Shown piece after piece: positions 43,877 through 50,810 of a stretch of DNA of 60,773 nt. Each line of letters begins with the position of its first letter. Positions within the stretch are counted from its first letter, which is position 1. Position numbers and translations under genes: made by a program. A model generated the notes under the pieces. That model worked only from the letters and a program-made list of their open reading frames with translations, was not told where the DNA came from and made no database searches. The stretch is from positions 1-60,773 of the IMG/VR virus record IMGVR_UViG_3300030107_004154. One strand, 5' to 3'. This DNA comes from a virus. Taxonomy: Duplodnaviria > Caudoviricetes.

Positions 43877-44473
43877 ATGGCTAATGTAAAAGAATTTCAA
43901 ATTAATCCACCTAACTTTCAGAAAGTACAACTGAAAGTCACAGGTTTAACACCGTTAATTCAGAATAAAATGAAGGAAACAGTGATACAAGAAATGGAAG
44001 ATGTTCGTGCGGGTAAGAAGACGAAAGTCAATGCCCAGAGAACAGCTATCGACCCTAAAAAAGAATATATCAAGTCTGCTTATAAGCAAGACGATGGTTC
44101 TTTTGGTTTTCCAGCATCTGCCTTTAAACAATGTGCAGTGCGTGCCGGTAAAGCCCTGGGCTTAGCTATGACTGACGCAAGAACATTATTCTTCGTGTTA
44201 CCAACTGCCCCTGACGGTGAGTGCGTGAGCATAAAGAGTAAGAAACCAGTCTTGCGTAAAGATCCAGTAAATGTAAAAACCGGAAAAGATCTAAGATTTA
44301 GACCGGAATTTAAAGACTGGAAAGCTGAATTATTAGTAAGTTATGACGCCGATAGAATTACTATTGAGCAAATAGCTAACTTACTTAACCATGGTGGTCA
44401 AACTGTTGGCGTAGGCGAATGGAGACCAGAAAAGAATGGTACGTTTGGTATGTTCCAAGTAGGAGCTAAATAA
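43877..44473 (+). CDS. Stand-alone Cas7/RAMP-like RNA-binding protein (Vipr-like candidate)
   Basis: RAMP-type signature order: LKVTGLTPLI (beta1), GFPASAFKQCA (cf. IPGSSLKG), LRFRPEF, C-terminal glycine-rich loop GGQTVGVGEWRPEKNGTFGMFQV. Confidence 0.7.
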   Translation: MANVKEFQINPPNFQKVQLKVTGLTPLIQNKMKETVIQEMEDVRAGKKTKVNAQRTAIDPKKEYIKSAYKQDDGSFGFPASAFKQCAVRAGKALGLAMTDARTLFFVLPTAPDGECVSIKSKKPVLRKDPVNVKTGKDLRFRPEFKDWKAELLVSYDADRITIEQIANLLNHGGQTVGVGEWRPEKNGTFGMFQVGAK

Positions 44474-44961
44474 TGCCACGCGGAAGAAAGCCAAAAGCTG
44501 ATATCAGAGATGAACTGCTAAAAATTCGAAAGAAATATGGCAGTCTCTCTGCTTCCGCAGTCGTTACAGAGGCTAAAAAGAAACGACATCCGTTACATCC
44601 CTTTTTTAACTGGGATGATACAGACGCAGCCAAGAAGTGGCGTTTGCATCAGGCAAACATGCTTATTGTGCGTGCGAAAATAACCTTCACAACACATGAA
44701 CAGCAAACTATTAAAGCTTTCATTAGTGTTGCAGATGAAGAGAATGGTAGAAATTTTGTTTACACTGCAGACGCAGTGCAAGACAAAGAACTTATGCTTC
44801 AACTATTCGATCAATTACATACACGTATTGAGAATATAGAAGCTCAACTAACTGCGTTAAGTTTACTTAAAGGTGCAACTGCTACTGCATTGAAAAATGC
44901 TAAAACACCTATTAAACGTAGAAAACAACAGCTACAACGCTTATTACCAGCAACTGGCTAA
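44473..44961 (+). CDS. Conserved basic partner protein of the RAMP-like gene
   Basis: TAATG coupling; motif AVVTEAK..RHPLHPFFNWDDTDAAKKWRLHQA. Confidence 0.7.
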   Translation: MPRGRKPKADIRDELLKIRKKYGSLSASAVVTEAKKKRHPLHPFFNWDDTDAAKKWRLHQANMLIVRAKITFTTHEQQTIKAFISVADEENGRNFVYTADAVQDKELMLQLFDQLHTRIENIEAQLTALSLLKGATATALKNAKTPIKRRKQQLQRLLPATG

Positions 44962-44965
44962 ACAC

Positions 44966-45260
44966 GGCAGTCAGCGTTGGGTTTGGGCGGTGCCGTATGG
45001 CGGCGTTTGGTCGCGTATGGTGAGGTTTATCAAGGCAGTTGAGGCGGCGAGAGGCGACTTTCGGTTGGGTGTGGAGAGGCGAGGAGCAGTATGGCAGTTG
45101 AGGCAGCGACAGGCAGTGTTGGGTATAGCGAGGTATGGTTTTTCAAGGCAGTTAAGGCATGGTTCGTTCGCGCATAGTACTGTTCGGTAGGTTTTGTCGA
45201 GGCAGTTTAGGCTCGTCACGGAGTGGCACGTCGATGTTTGGTGCGTTAAGGCAAGGCAAC
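44966..45260 (+). repeat. Non-coding array of five units: GGCAGTYnn header + (G)GY-NN pentamers (candidate guide-RNA array)
   Basis: Headers at 44966, 45034, 45093, 45147, 45201, terminal GGCAAC at 45255; unit lengths 68, 59, 54, 54, 54; strict 5-nt period in units 2-5. Confidence 0.85.
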
Positions 45261-45302
45261 TAACTAAAGCTAGTATAAATTATATATTCCAAGGAGGTAA
45301 TT

Positions 45303-45713
45303 ATGGGATTAGATCAATATGCTGGATTTGCTAACGTAGCAGATCTAGAAACAAAAGATAATAAGGTTGTGCCGATCATCAATAATGATGACGAAGACAA
45401 CCCTTATGTAACAGTTTACGATTGGCGTAAACACGCAAGGTTACAAGAGTTTATGGAAAAGCTCTGGCAAAGAAAAAACAATAAAGAAGATTTTAACTGT
45501 AAAAAAATGGATTTACAGAGAGAAGATATTTTAGAACTACAAAAACTTGTAGAAAATGACGACTTGCCTTTCTGTGGCGGTGGATTCTTTTGGGGACATC
45601 AGTTCCAAGAAGAATCTATGAGTGAGTATAAAGAACAAGACTTAAAGTTTTGTGAAGACGCACTCAAATGGTTAGCAGAAGGTAAAGAGGTTTGGTACGA
45701 GTGTTGGTGGTAA
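45303..45713 (+). CDS. Conserved phage hypothetical protein (MGLDQY family)
   Basis: SD AAGGAGGT; MGLDQY, DWRKHARLQ, GFFWG, YECWW. Confidence 0.7.
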   Translation: MGLDQYAGFANVADLETKDNKVVPIINNDDEDNPYVTVYDWRKHARLQEFMEKLWQRKNNKEDFNCKKMDLQREDILELQKLVENDDLPFCGGGFFWGHQFQEESMSEYKEQDLKFCEDALKWLAEGKEVWYECWW

Positions 45714-45728
45714 ATTTAGGAGGTAATT

Positions 45729-46748
45729 ATGAAAGATACTATAACTTGTGATATATCAGAGTTAAAGAATCACATTAAAGCTTGTATAGCAAGTGAAACG
45801 ACACCGATGATTTGGGGCGCCCCAGGCGTAGGAAAATCTGAGGTTGTACAACAAGTAGCAGATGAGCAAGGAGTTGCTTTAATTGATTTCCGTGCAAATC
45901 TGTTTGATCCTGTGGATGTAAGAGGTATACCTTTTCTCCATCAGAAAGATATAGATTCGCCGAAACAGACAGGCTGGGCAGTCCCAGATGTATTTCCAAG
46001 AGTAGAAAGAGACGGGGACCGTGGTATCTTGTTCATAGATGAGATAACAACAGCCCCTACTGCAACACAGAACTCTTTCTTACAACTGTTAATAAAACCT
46101 TTTAAAATAGGTGATTATAAATTGCCTCCAGGTTGGAGAACAGTTTGTGCTGGTAACAGAATGACCGATGGAGCTGCTGTATATCAAATGCCTGCAACAG
46201 TTAAAGATAGAGTTATGCATTACACTTTAACCCCTACTTTAGACGCTTGGTGTAACTGGGCATTTAAATCTAATATCCATCCAGATATTATTAGTTTCAT
46301 TAGATACAGACCTAATCTTTTATTAGACCTGAGAAAAGATGAAGCTAATCCATCCCCAAGAACTTGGGCGTTATTAAGCAAAACACTACCTAAGTTAACC
46401 CCTGATCTTATTATGTCGGGTGTAACTGCTGCTGTTGGTGAAGGTGCTGCCGGTGAGTTTATAACTTTTAGGCAGATTGCTAATAAGTTACCTAATTTAG
46501 ATACACTTATAGCTAACCCTACTACTTATGTTAAGGACGACAATCCAGCATTATTATATGCTTTGTCAGTAGGTCTAGCATCTAGAGCAGACCAAAATAC
46601 AATGGCAAATATCATGGAAATAGCTAAAAAGATACCAATAGAGTACCAGGTTGTGCTTGTTAAAGGTGCTTTAGCTAAAGATAGACAATTGTTACAGCAT
46701 AATGATGTTGTTACTTGGTCGCAAAAGAACCAAAACGTAGTAATGTAA
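45729..46748 (+). CDS. MoxR-like AAA+ ATPase
   Basis: WGAPGVGKS, DVRGIP, ILFIDEI, CAGNR, PSPRTW. Confidence 0.9.
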   Translation: MKDTITCDISELKNHIKACIASETTPMIWGAPGVGKSEVVQQVADEQGVALIDFRANLFDPVDVRGIPFLHQKDIDSPKQTGWAVPDVFPRVERDGDRGILFIDEITTAPTATQNSFLQLLIKPFKIGDYKLPPGWRTVCAGNRMTDGAAVYQMPATVKDRVMHYTLTPTLDAWCNWAFKSNIHPDIISFIRYRPNLLLDLRKDEANPSPRTWALLSKTLPKLTPDLIMSGVTAAVGEGAAGEFITFRQIANKLPNLDTLIANPTTYVKDDNPALLYALSVGLASRADQNTMANIMEIAKKIPIEYQVVLVKGALAKDRQLLQHNDVVTWSQKNQNVVM

Positions 46749-46761
46749 CAAAGGAGGAATA

Positions 46762-47439
46762 ATGAAAACAGTTAGATTATCACAAACGTTAAAACATGAC
46801 ATTTTACAAACTGCTGAAGAAAAGTTTCGAAATGTTAACCCAAGAAAATCATATCCAGAAAAAGGACTAGATGTGCTGGAAAGCCATGGAGTAACTCAAA
46901 AGATTGAAAAAACTAGAGCACAGTTTAAAGAGATTTGGGACATGGATATGCCTTTGAAAACCATTGATAAGATTAAGATTAAAGCAGAAGGCATAGAAAC
47001 CATAGATGATGAAGGTCACCCCAGTGAACCAGAATCTAGAGCTTATACTCTTTCAATACCAGAAATGGAAGTGCCCTCTTTTATCTGTAGTGATTCTTAT
47101 TATGATACAGCTTTAAAAGTTAAAGTAGAGCCAGATGATCTTGTATTTTCTGAGTGTTATCAAATAGAGGTCTACAATGAAAATCTTGAAAAACAGATGA
47201 GAAAACAGAGAATGGAATTAGATATTACTTTAGATAAATTTCCAACGTTAAATCAATTGCTTAAAGCTGCACCTTGGATATCTAAACTCGTGCCACCTGA
47301 AAGGATCCAAAAAATGCACGAAAAAGATGATCGCAAAAGAAAGCAGCAAGAACAGCAAGAAATAGCTGAAACTGAATTATCTAATCTAAAAAACACTGTC
47401 CTTTCTGATTCTTTATTAGGTGGTACTAGTAATGAATAA
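46762..47439 (+). CDS. Hypothetical protein (Nmad5-like)
   Basis: N-terminal VRLSQTLKHDI and TLNQLLKAAPW.SKLVP pattern. Confidence 0.5.
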   Translation: MKTVRLSQTLKHDILQTAEEKFRNVNPRKSYPEKGLDVLESHGVTQKIEKTRAQFKEIWDMDMPLKTIDKIKIKAEGIETIDDEGHPSEPESRAYTLSIPEMEVPSFICSDSYYDTALKVKVEPDDLVFSECYQIEVYNENLEKQMRKQRMELDITLDKFPTLNQLLKAAPWISKLVPPERIQKMHEKDDRKRKQQEQQEIAETELSNLKNTVLSDSLLGGTSNE

Positions 47440-47629
47440 ATATGAATTCTATAACGACACCATAATGTTTTGGAGAAGTGGGAGAATGATTGTCGAAGTC
47501 AGATCTATTGGTCACAAATGGGTATGGCTTCGACATAATCCACGTAAAAACTTTCGTAAAATCCCTAGAGCCCACTGGGATAGGATAACAAAAGGTAAAC
47601 AATTTAAGGAGATAAAAAATGAATCCTGA
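47432..47629 (+). CDS. Small basic hypothetical protein
   Basis: Overlaps both neighbours; RSIGHKWVWLR. Confidence 0.55.
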   Translation: MNKYEFYNDTIMFWRSGRMIVEVRSIGHKWVWLRHNPRKNFRKIPRAHWDRITKGKQFKEIKNES

Positions 47630-48752
47630 GTTAGTTAAAGCACGTGCTGCATTAATAACAGACCAACCGTTCTTTGGTACCCTTATGCTTAAACTTAAGG
47701 TAAAAGAATGGGAAGATTCTACAGGAGCCACTGACGGTGTTAATCTATTTTATAACCTAAAATGGTTTCTAAAACTGCCGTACAATGCACGTCTAGGCTT
47801 TTTAGCCCATGAAATTATGCATATTGTTGGTTTACATCCTAGTAGAAGAGGAGAAAGACATCCTAGGAAATGGAATGTTGCTTGCGACTACGCTATTAAT
47901 AATTATCTTATTAAACAAGGGTTTATATTGCCAGATGGCGGACTAGTTGACGATCAGTACGACGACATGAGTGCCGAAGAAATCTATGAACTACTACCGG
48001 AACCTCCTTCGGGCTGGGACTCAGTTAGTATGGATTTTGGTGGTTGTGGCGGCGTACTTGATCACCCTGGTTTAGATGGTACAGATGGTACCTTTAAAAC
48101 AGTGGAATCTGAATTACGTACTGCAATTGCCCAATCAGCTGAAGCTGCAAAGATGAGTGGTAATTTACCTGGAGCTTTAAAAGACTTTATAGACCAGGCT
48201 CTTGAGCCTCAAGTTGATTGGAGAACCGTGCTTGCTAGATTTTTAACAGCTAATAATAAGAATGACTATAGCTGGCTTAAAGCAAATAGACGTTTTATAG
48301 GCAACGGATTATATCTACCATCTCTGTATAGCACTGGACTTGAAGAGATTGTAATTGCTGTAGATACCTCAGGATCTGTTTCCAATGAGGAATTAGAACA
48401 ATTTACTGGAGAAACTTCTGCAATTTTAAGAGAGTTAAACCCTGAAAAAATACAATTTTTACAGTGTGATACAGAAGTATGTGCAACCGATGAGTACACT
48501 AAAGATAATTTACCTTTAGAAGTTACTTATGAAGGAAGAGGCGGAACCTGTTTCTATCCAGTAATTAATCATATCAACGAGCATTTTCCTAATATACGTG
48601 CATTAGTATATTTGACAGATTTAGGTGTAAGTTATAATGATTTCGGGGAAGCGCCTGATTATCCAGTACTATGGGTAAGCACACACCCCGCAGATCACTT
48701 AGAAGAAGGAGTACCATATGGAGAAGTCATCCAAATGCAAAAACATAGCTAA
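47619..48752 (+). CDS. HExxH metallopeptidase-like + vWA domain protein (DUF2201-like), partner of the MoxR ATPase
   Basis: ATDG, LAHEIMH, WNVACDYAIN, MIDAS motif DTSGS, GRGGT, YLTD. Confidence 0.88.
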   Translation: MNPELVKARAALITDQPFFGTLMLKLKVKEWEDSTGATDGVNLFYNLKWFLKLPYNARLGFLAHEIMHIVGLHPSRRGERHPRKWNVACDYAINNYLIKQGFILPDGGLVDDQYDDMSAEEIYELLPEPPSGWDSVSMDFGGCGGVLDHPGLDGTDGTFKTVESELRTAIAQSAEAAKMSGNLPGALKDFIDQALEPQVDWRTVLARFLTANNKNDYSWLKANRRFIGNGLYLPSLYSTGLEEIVIAVDTSGSVSNEELEQFTGETSAILRELNPEKIQFLQCDTEVCATDEYTKDNLPLEVTYEGRGGTCFYPVINHINEHFPNIRALVYLTDLGVSYNDFGEAPDYPVLWVSTHPADHLEEGVPYGEVIQMQKHS

Positions 48753-48897
48753 AGAGTATGCCCAATCTTTATTAGTTGGGACGTTTGTACTCTTTGTGCT
48801 ATTCGGAATTGCCACAAGTGTGCAATTTTCATTAATTTTACTGGGTGTAGGTGTTGGCCTAGGCTCAATTTTATATTTACTATGGAGGTTAATATGA
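48718..48897 (+). CDS. 59-aa 2-TM protein (not in ORF track)
   Basis: AAGGAG SD; LLVGTFVLFVLFGIA and LILLGVGVGLGSILYLLW. Confidence 0.6.
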   Translation: MEKSSKCKNIAKEYAQSLLVGTFVLFVLFGIATSVQFSLILLGVGVGLGSILYLLWRLI

Positions 48898-49043
48898 CAA
48901 CAACTGTAAATGCAATTACCACTTTACTGTGGATTTTAATCGAAGCCATACAATTTGGTTATATGGCGTATTTAATGTGGAGGGAGCGAAATGTTAATGG
49001 TAGGCATACTGTCCGCGCTAGGTCTGCTTTTGCTAGCGCTTAA
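48894..49043 (+). CDS. 49-aa membrane peptide (not in ORF track)
   Basis: GGAGG SD, ATGA overlap; LLWILIEAIQFGYMAYLMW. Confidence 0.55.
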   Translation: MTTTVNAITTLLWILIEAIQFGYMAYLMWRERNVNGRHTVRARSAFASA

Positions 49044-49308
49044 AGCTGGTGGACGTAAAGCTATTGGACAAGATATTTTTGTAGATGTTCTTATAACAGT
49101 TACATTGATGATCTGTTTTTATGGAACTTTTAGCGGCATGGCTGCTGCTATGGTAGGAGGCCTGGTTGCTTCTGTTGTCTTATTTATTATGAAAAAGACA
49201 ATGACTCATGAAAAACTAATTTTTCAAAATGATCCTATAAAAACACCTATAGCAAAAATTCCTAGACTAAAAGTAAAATGGAAGACTGTTAAACCAAACT
49301 GGCAGTAA
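48991..49308 (+). CDS. 3-TM membrane protein
   Basis: Three hydrophobic segments; FYGTFSGMAAAMVGGL. Confidence 0.65.
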   Translation: MLMVGILSALGLLLLALKAGGRKAIGQDIFVDVLITVTLMICFYGTFSGMAAAMVGGLVASVVLFIMKKTMTHEKLIFQNDPIKTPIAKIPRLKVKWKTVKPNWQ

Positions 49309-49331
49309 AATGCTAAAATAAGGAGATAAAC

Positions 49332-49535
49332 ATGGGGAGGCTATTTGTGAAAGACGATACCGAACAATGGAAATATAATATCAATTGGTCTTGGGTAGCG
49401 AACCGAGATGACTGGTTCTATGCCGTCAATGACGAACGCAGAAGATACGATGAAAAAATTATGACTCAAGAACAAGCCTATGCAAAATTCGAAGAGTATT
49501 ATCCAAAGGAGGACTTTGAGAATGGGAAGACTTAA
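49332..49535 (+). CDS. Hypothetical protein
   Basis: SD TAAGGAG; 67 aa. Confidence 0.6.
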   Translation: MGRLFVKDDTEQWKYNINWSWVANRDDWFYAVNDERRRYDEKIMTQEQAYAKFEEYYPKEDFENGKT

Positions 49536-49737
49536 AAGTGCAATGTTTGACGTTGGCTATTTTGCTATAGAAAACGGTATAACTGCAGCCCAGGAAGAGT
49601 TTCATATGTCCGAGGGTGATATAAAAGCTTGTGTGCTCTTTACTTGCGCCTTTCAAGGTGAAGAAGAAGCTACACAAGAAGATGAATGGGATCAATTTGT
49701 CCAACAAGGTAACTGGGAAGAGCCCAAGTTACATTAA
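49522..49737 (+). CDS. Small acidic hypothetical protein
   Basis: SD GAGGA before ATG 49522 (MGRLKSAMFD...). Confidence 0.6.
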   Translation: MGRLKSAMFDVGYFAIENGITAAQEEFHMSEGDIKACVLFTCAFQGEEEATQEDEWDQFVQQGNWEEPKLH

Positions 49738-49867
49738 AAGTTTGGCTCTCTTGACGAAAAGCCATCCAACTGAGGTAAGACGCGTCAAAACCAGTTACAA
49801 CAACTGTGCCTACTGGCTAAATCGATGGAGATAGAGAGTCATTTGAACATGCCAAGGAGTGGCATTA

Positions 49868-49911
49868 GTATAGCCCAAGATTCGGTGTCCCGGCTTGGGC
49901 TATGCGTTTTT
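49868..49911. terminator. Terminator hairpin between convergent genes
   Basis: GTATAGCCCAAG...CTTGGGCTATGC followed by GTTTTT. Confidence 0.65.
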
Positions 49912-49914
49912 AGA

Positions 49915-50325
49915 TTAGGATACGTATACCCACATCTCTAGTGTGCCAGTTGCAACGTCACCTGCTGGAGCTACTTCACAGATAATATCAATTGTATCAT
50001 CTGAAGAGTATTCCACAGGAGCTACGTCAGCATCCATTTCGTCAGCTGTACCACCTTGTCCACATGTTGAAGCAGCGATATACTTATCAGTATCTCCGCC
50101 ATCACCAACACCAAAGACTAGGCCAGTACCTGTATCGAGGTCACTAGATTTAATTTTTACGTCGTGGACTGTCTCACCTGCAAAAACATCAACCATTTTG
50201 TAGATGTCAGCAGCGTTAGGAGCCGCACTAACCGTAATTTTAGCGTATCTCACACCAACTGTTCCGCCAGGGAACGGCTTAAATGATTGATGTCCGCTTA
50301 CTTGATCACTTGTAAAAGTTGCCAT
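49915..50325 (-). CDS. Putative capsid decoration/cement protein (beta-sandwich)
   Basis: ADIYKMVDV..G..VHDVKI..DLDTGT.L.FGVGD..DTDKYI, DDTIDI, ATGTLEMWVY; SD GGAG. Confidence 0.55.
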   Translation of the reverse strand: MATFTSDQVSGHQSFKPFPGGTVGVRYAKITVSAAPNAADIYKMVDVFAGETVHDVKIKSSDLDTGTGLVFGVGDGGDTDKYIAASTCGQGGTADEMDADVAPVEYSSDDTIDIICEVAPAGDVATGTLEMWVYVS

Positions 50326-50375
50326 AGTAATTTCTCCAGTTTGTTATGTTACCCATAATTGGTGTAACATATTCC

Positions 50376-50403
50376 CTTATAAAGACATTTTTAAGAATGT
50401 CAA
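50376..50403 (-). promoter_or_regulatory. Sigma70-like promoter for the isolated 49915..50325 gene
   Basis: TTGACA-N16-TATAAG; hairpin TATGTTAC..GTAACATA at 50345..50371 in the leader. Confidence 0.6.
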
Positions 50404-50424
50404 ATTTAATTAAGGAGTAATTAA

Positions 50425-50637
50425 ATGCCACCATCACATGTATACGTAAAGCGGAATCCAATTCATCCGTATACTTATAACAACCCAGACGATTTACCAT
50501 ATATTCAGTGGAAATTTGTACGTATATCTGTGGCTTATGGAATGTATACCAGTAAGCAAATAGGTTGGGAGCGAGCGAAACGAGAAGAATACGAGCAGTG
50601 GTGCAAACAAATGGAAGAACTTAAGGAGAAGAAATGA
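50425..50637 (+). CDS. Hypothetical protein
   Basis: SD TAAGGAG; 70 aa. Confidence 0.6.
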   Translation: MPPSHVYVKRNPIHPYTYNNPDDLPYIQWKFVRISVAYGMYTSKQIGWERAKREEYEQWCKQMEELKEKK

Positions 50638-50810
50638 AAGAAGTAACAAGCAATGATGCGATTGAACTTATAAATGATCTTATACATCAATATTATAATG
50701 ACCCTGCTTATATTGCAGCATGGGAAAGAGTTCAAGAACTAGCAAAAAAGGGCCAAGTTGCAGAGAAGTATGTAAAAGAATGGAGTAAAAATGCAAAAGA
50801 TTTATCTTGA
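50634..50810 (+). CDS. 58-aa protein (not in ORF track)
   Basis: TAAGGAG SD, ATGA overlap; MKEVTSNDAIELINDLIHQYYNDPAY... Confidence 0.55.
   Translation: MKEVTSNDAIELINDLIHQYYNDPAYIAAWERVQELAKKGQVAEKYVKEWSKNAKDLS

Noticed and set aside
44897-45219. ORFs 44897..45190 (+) and 44971..45219 (-) across the pentamer array
   Set aside because: The 5-nt period is out of step with codons, the products are low-complexity R/G/A/V or C/L/P, and no SD is present; the region is better explained as non-coding
44966-45260. Canonical CRISPR array or simple microsatellite
   Set aside because: Constant part is only ~9-12 nt and non-palindromic, the intervening sequence is itself periodic, and no cas1/cas2 is present; units are too divergent for a slippage microsatellite
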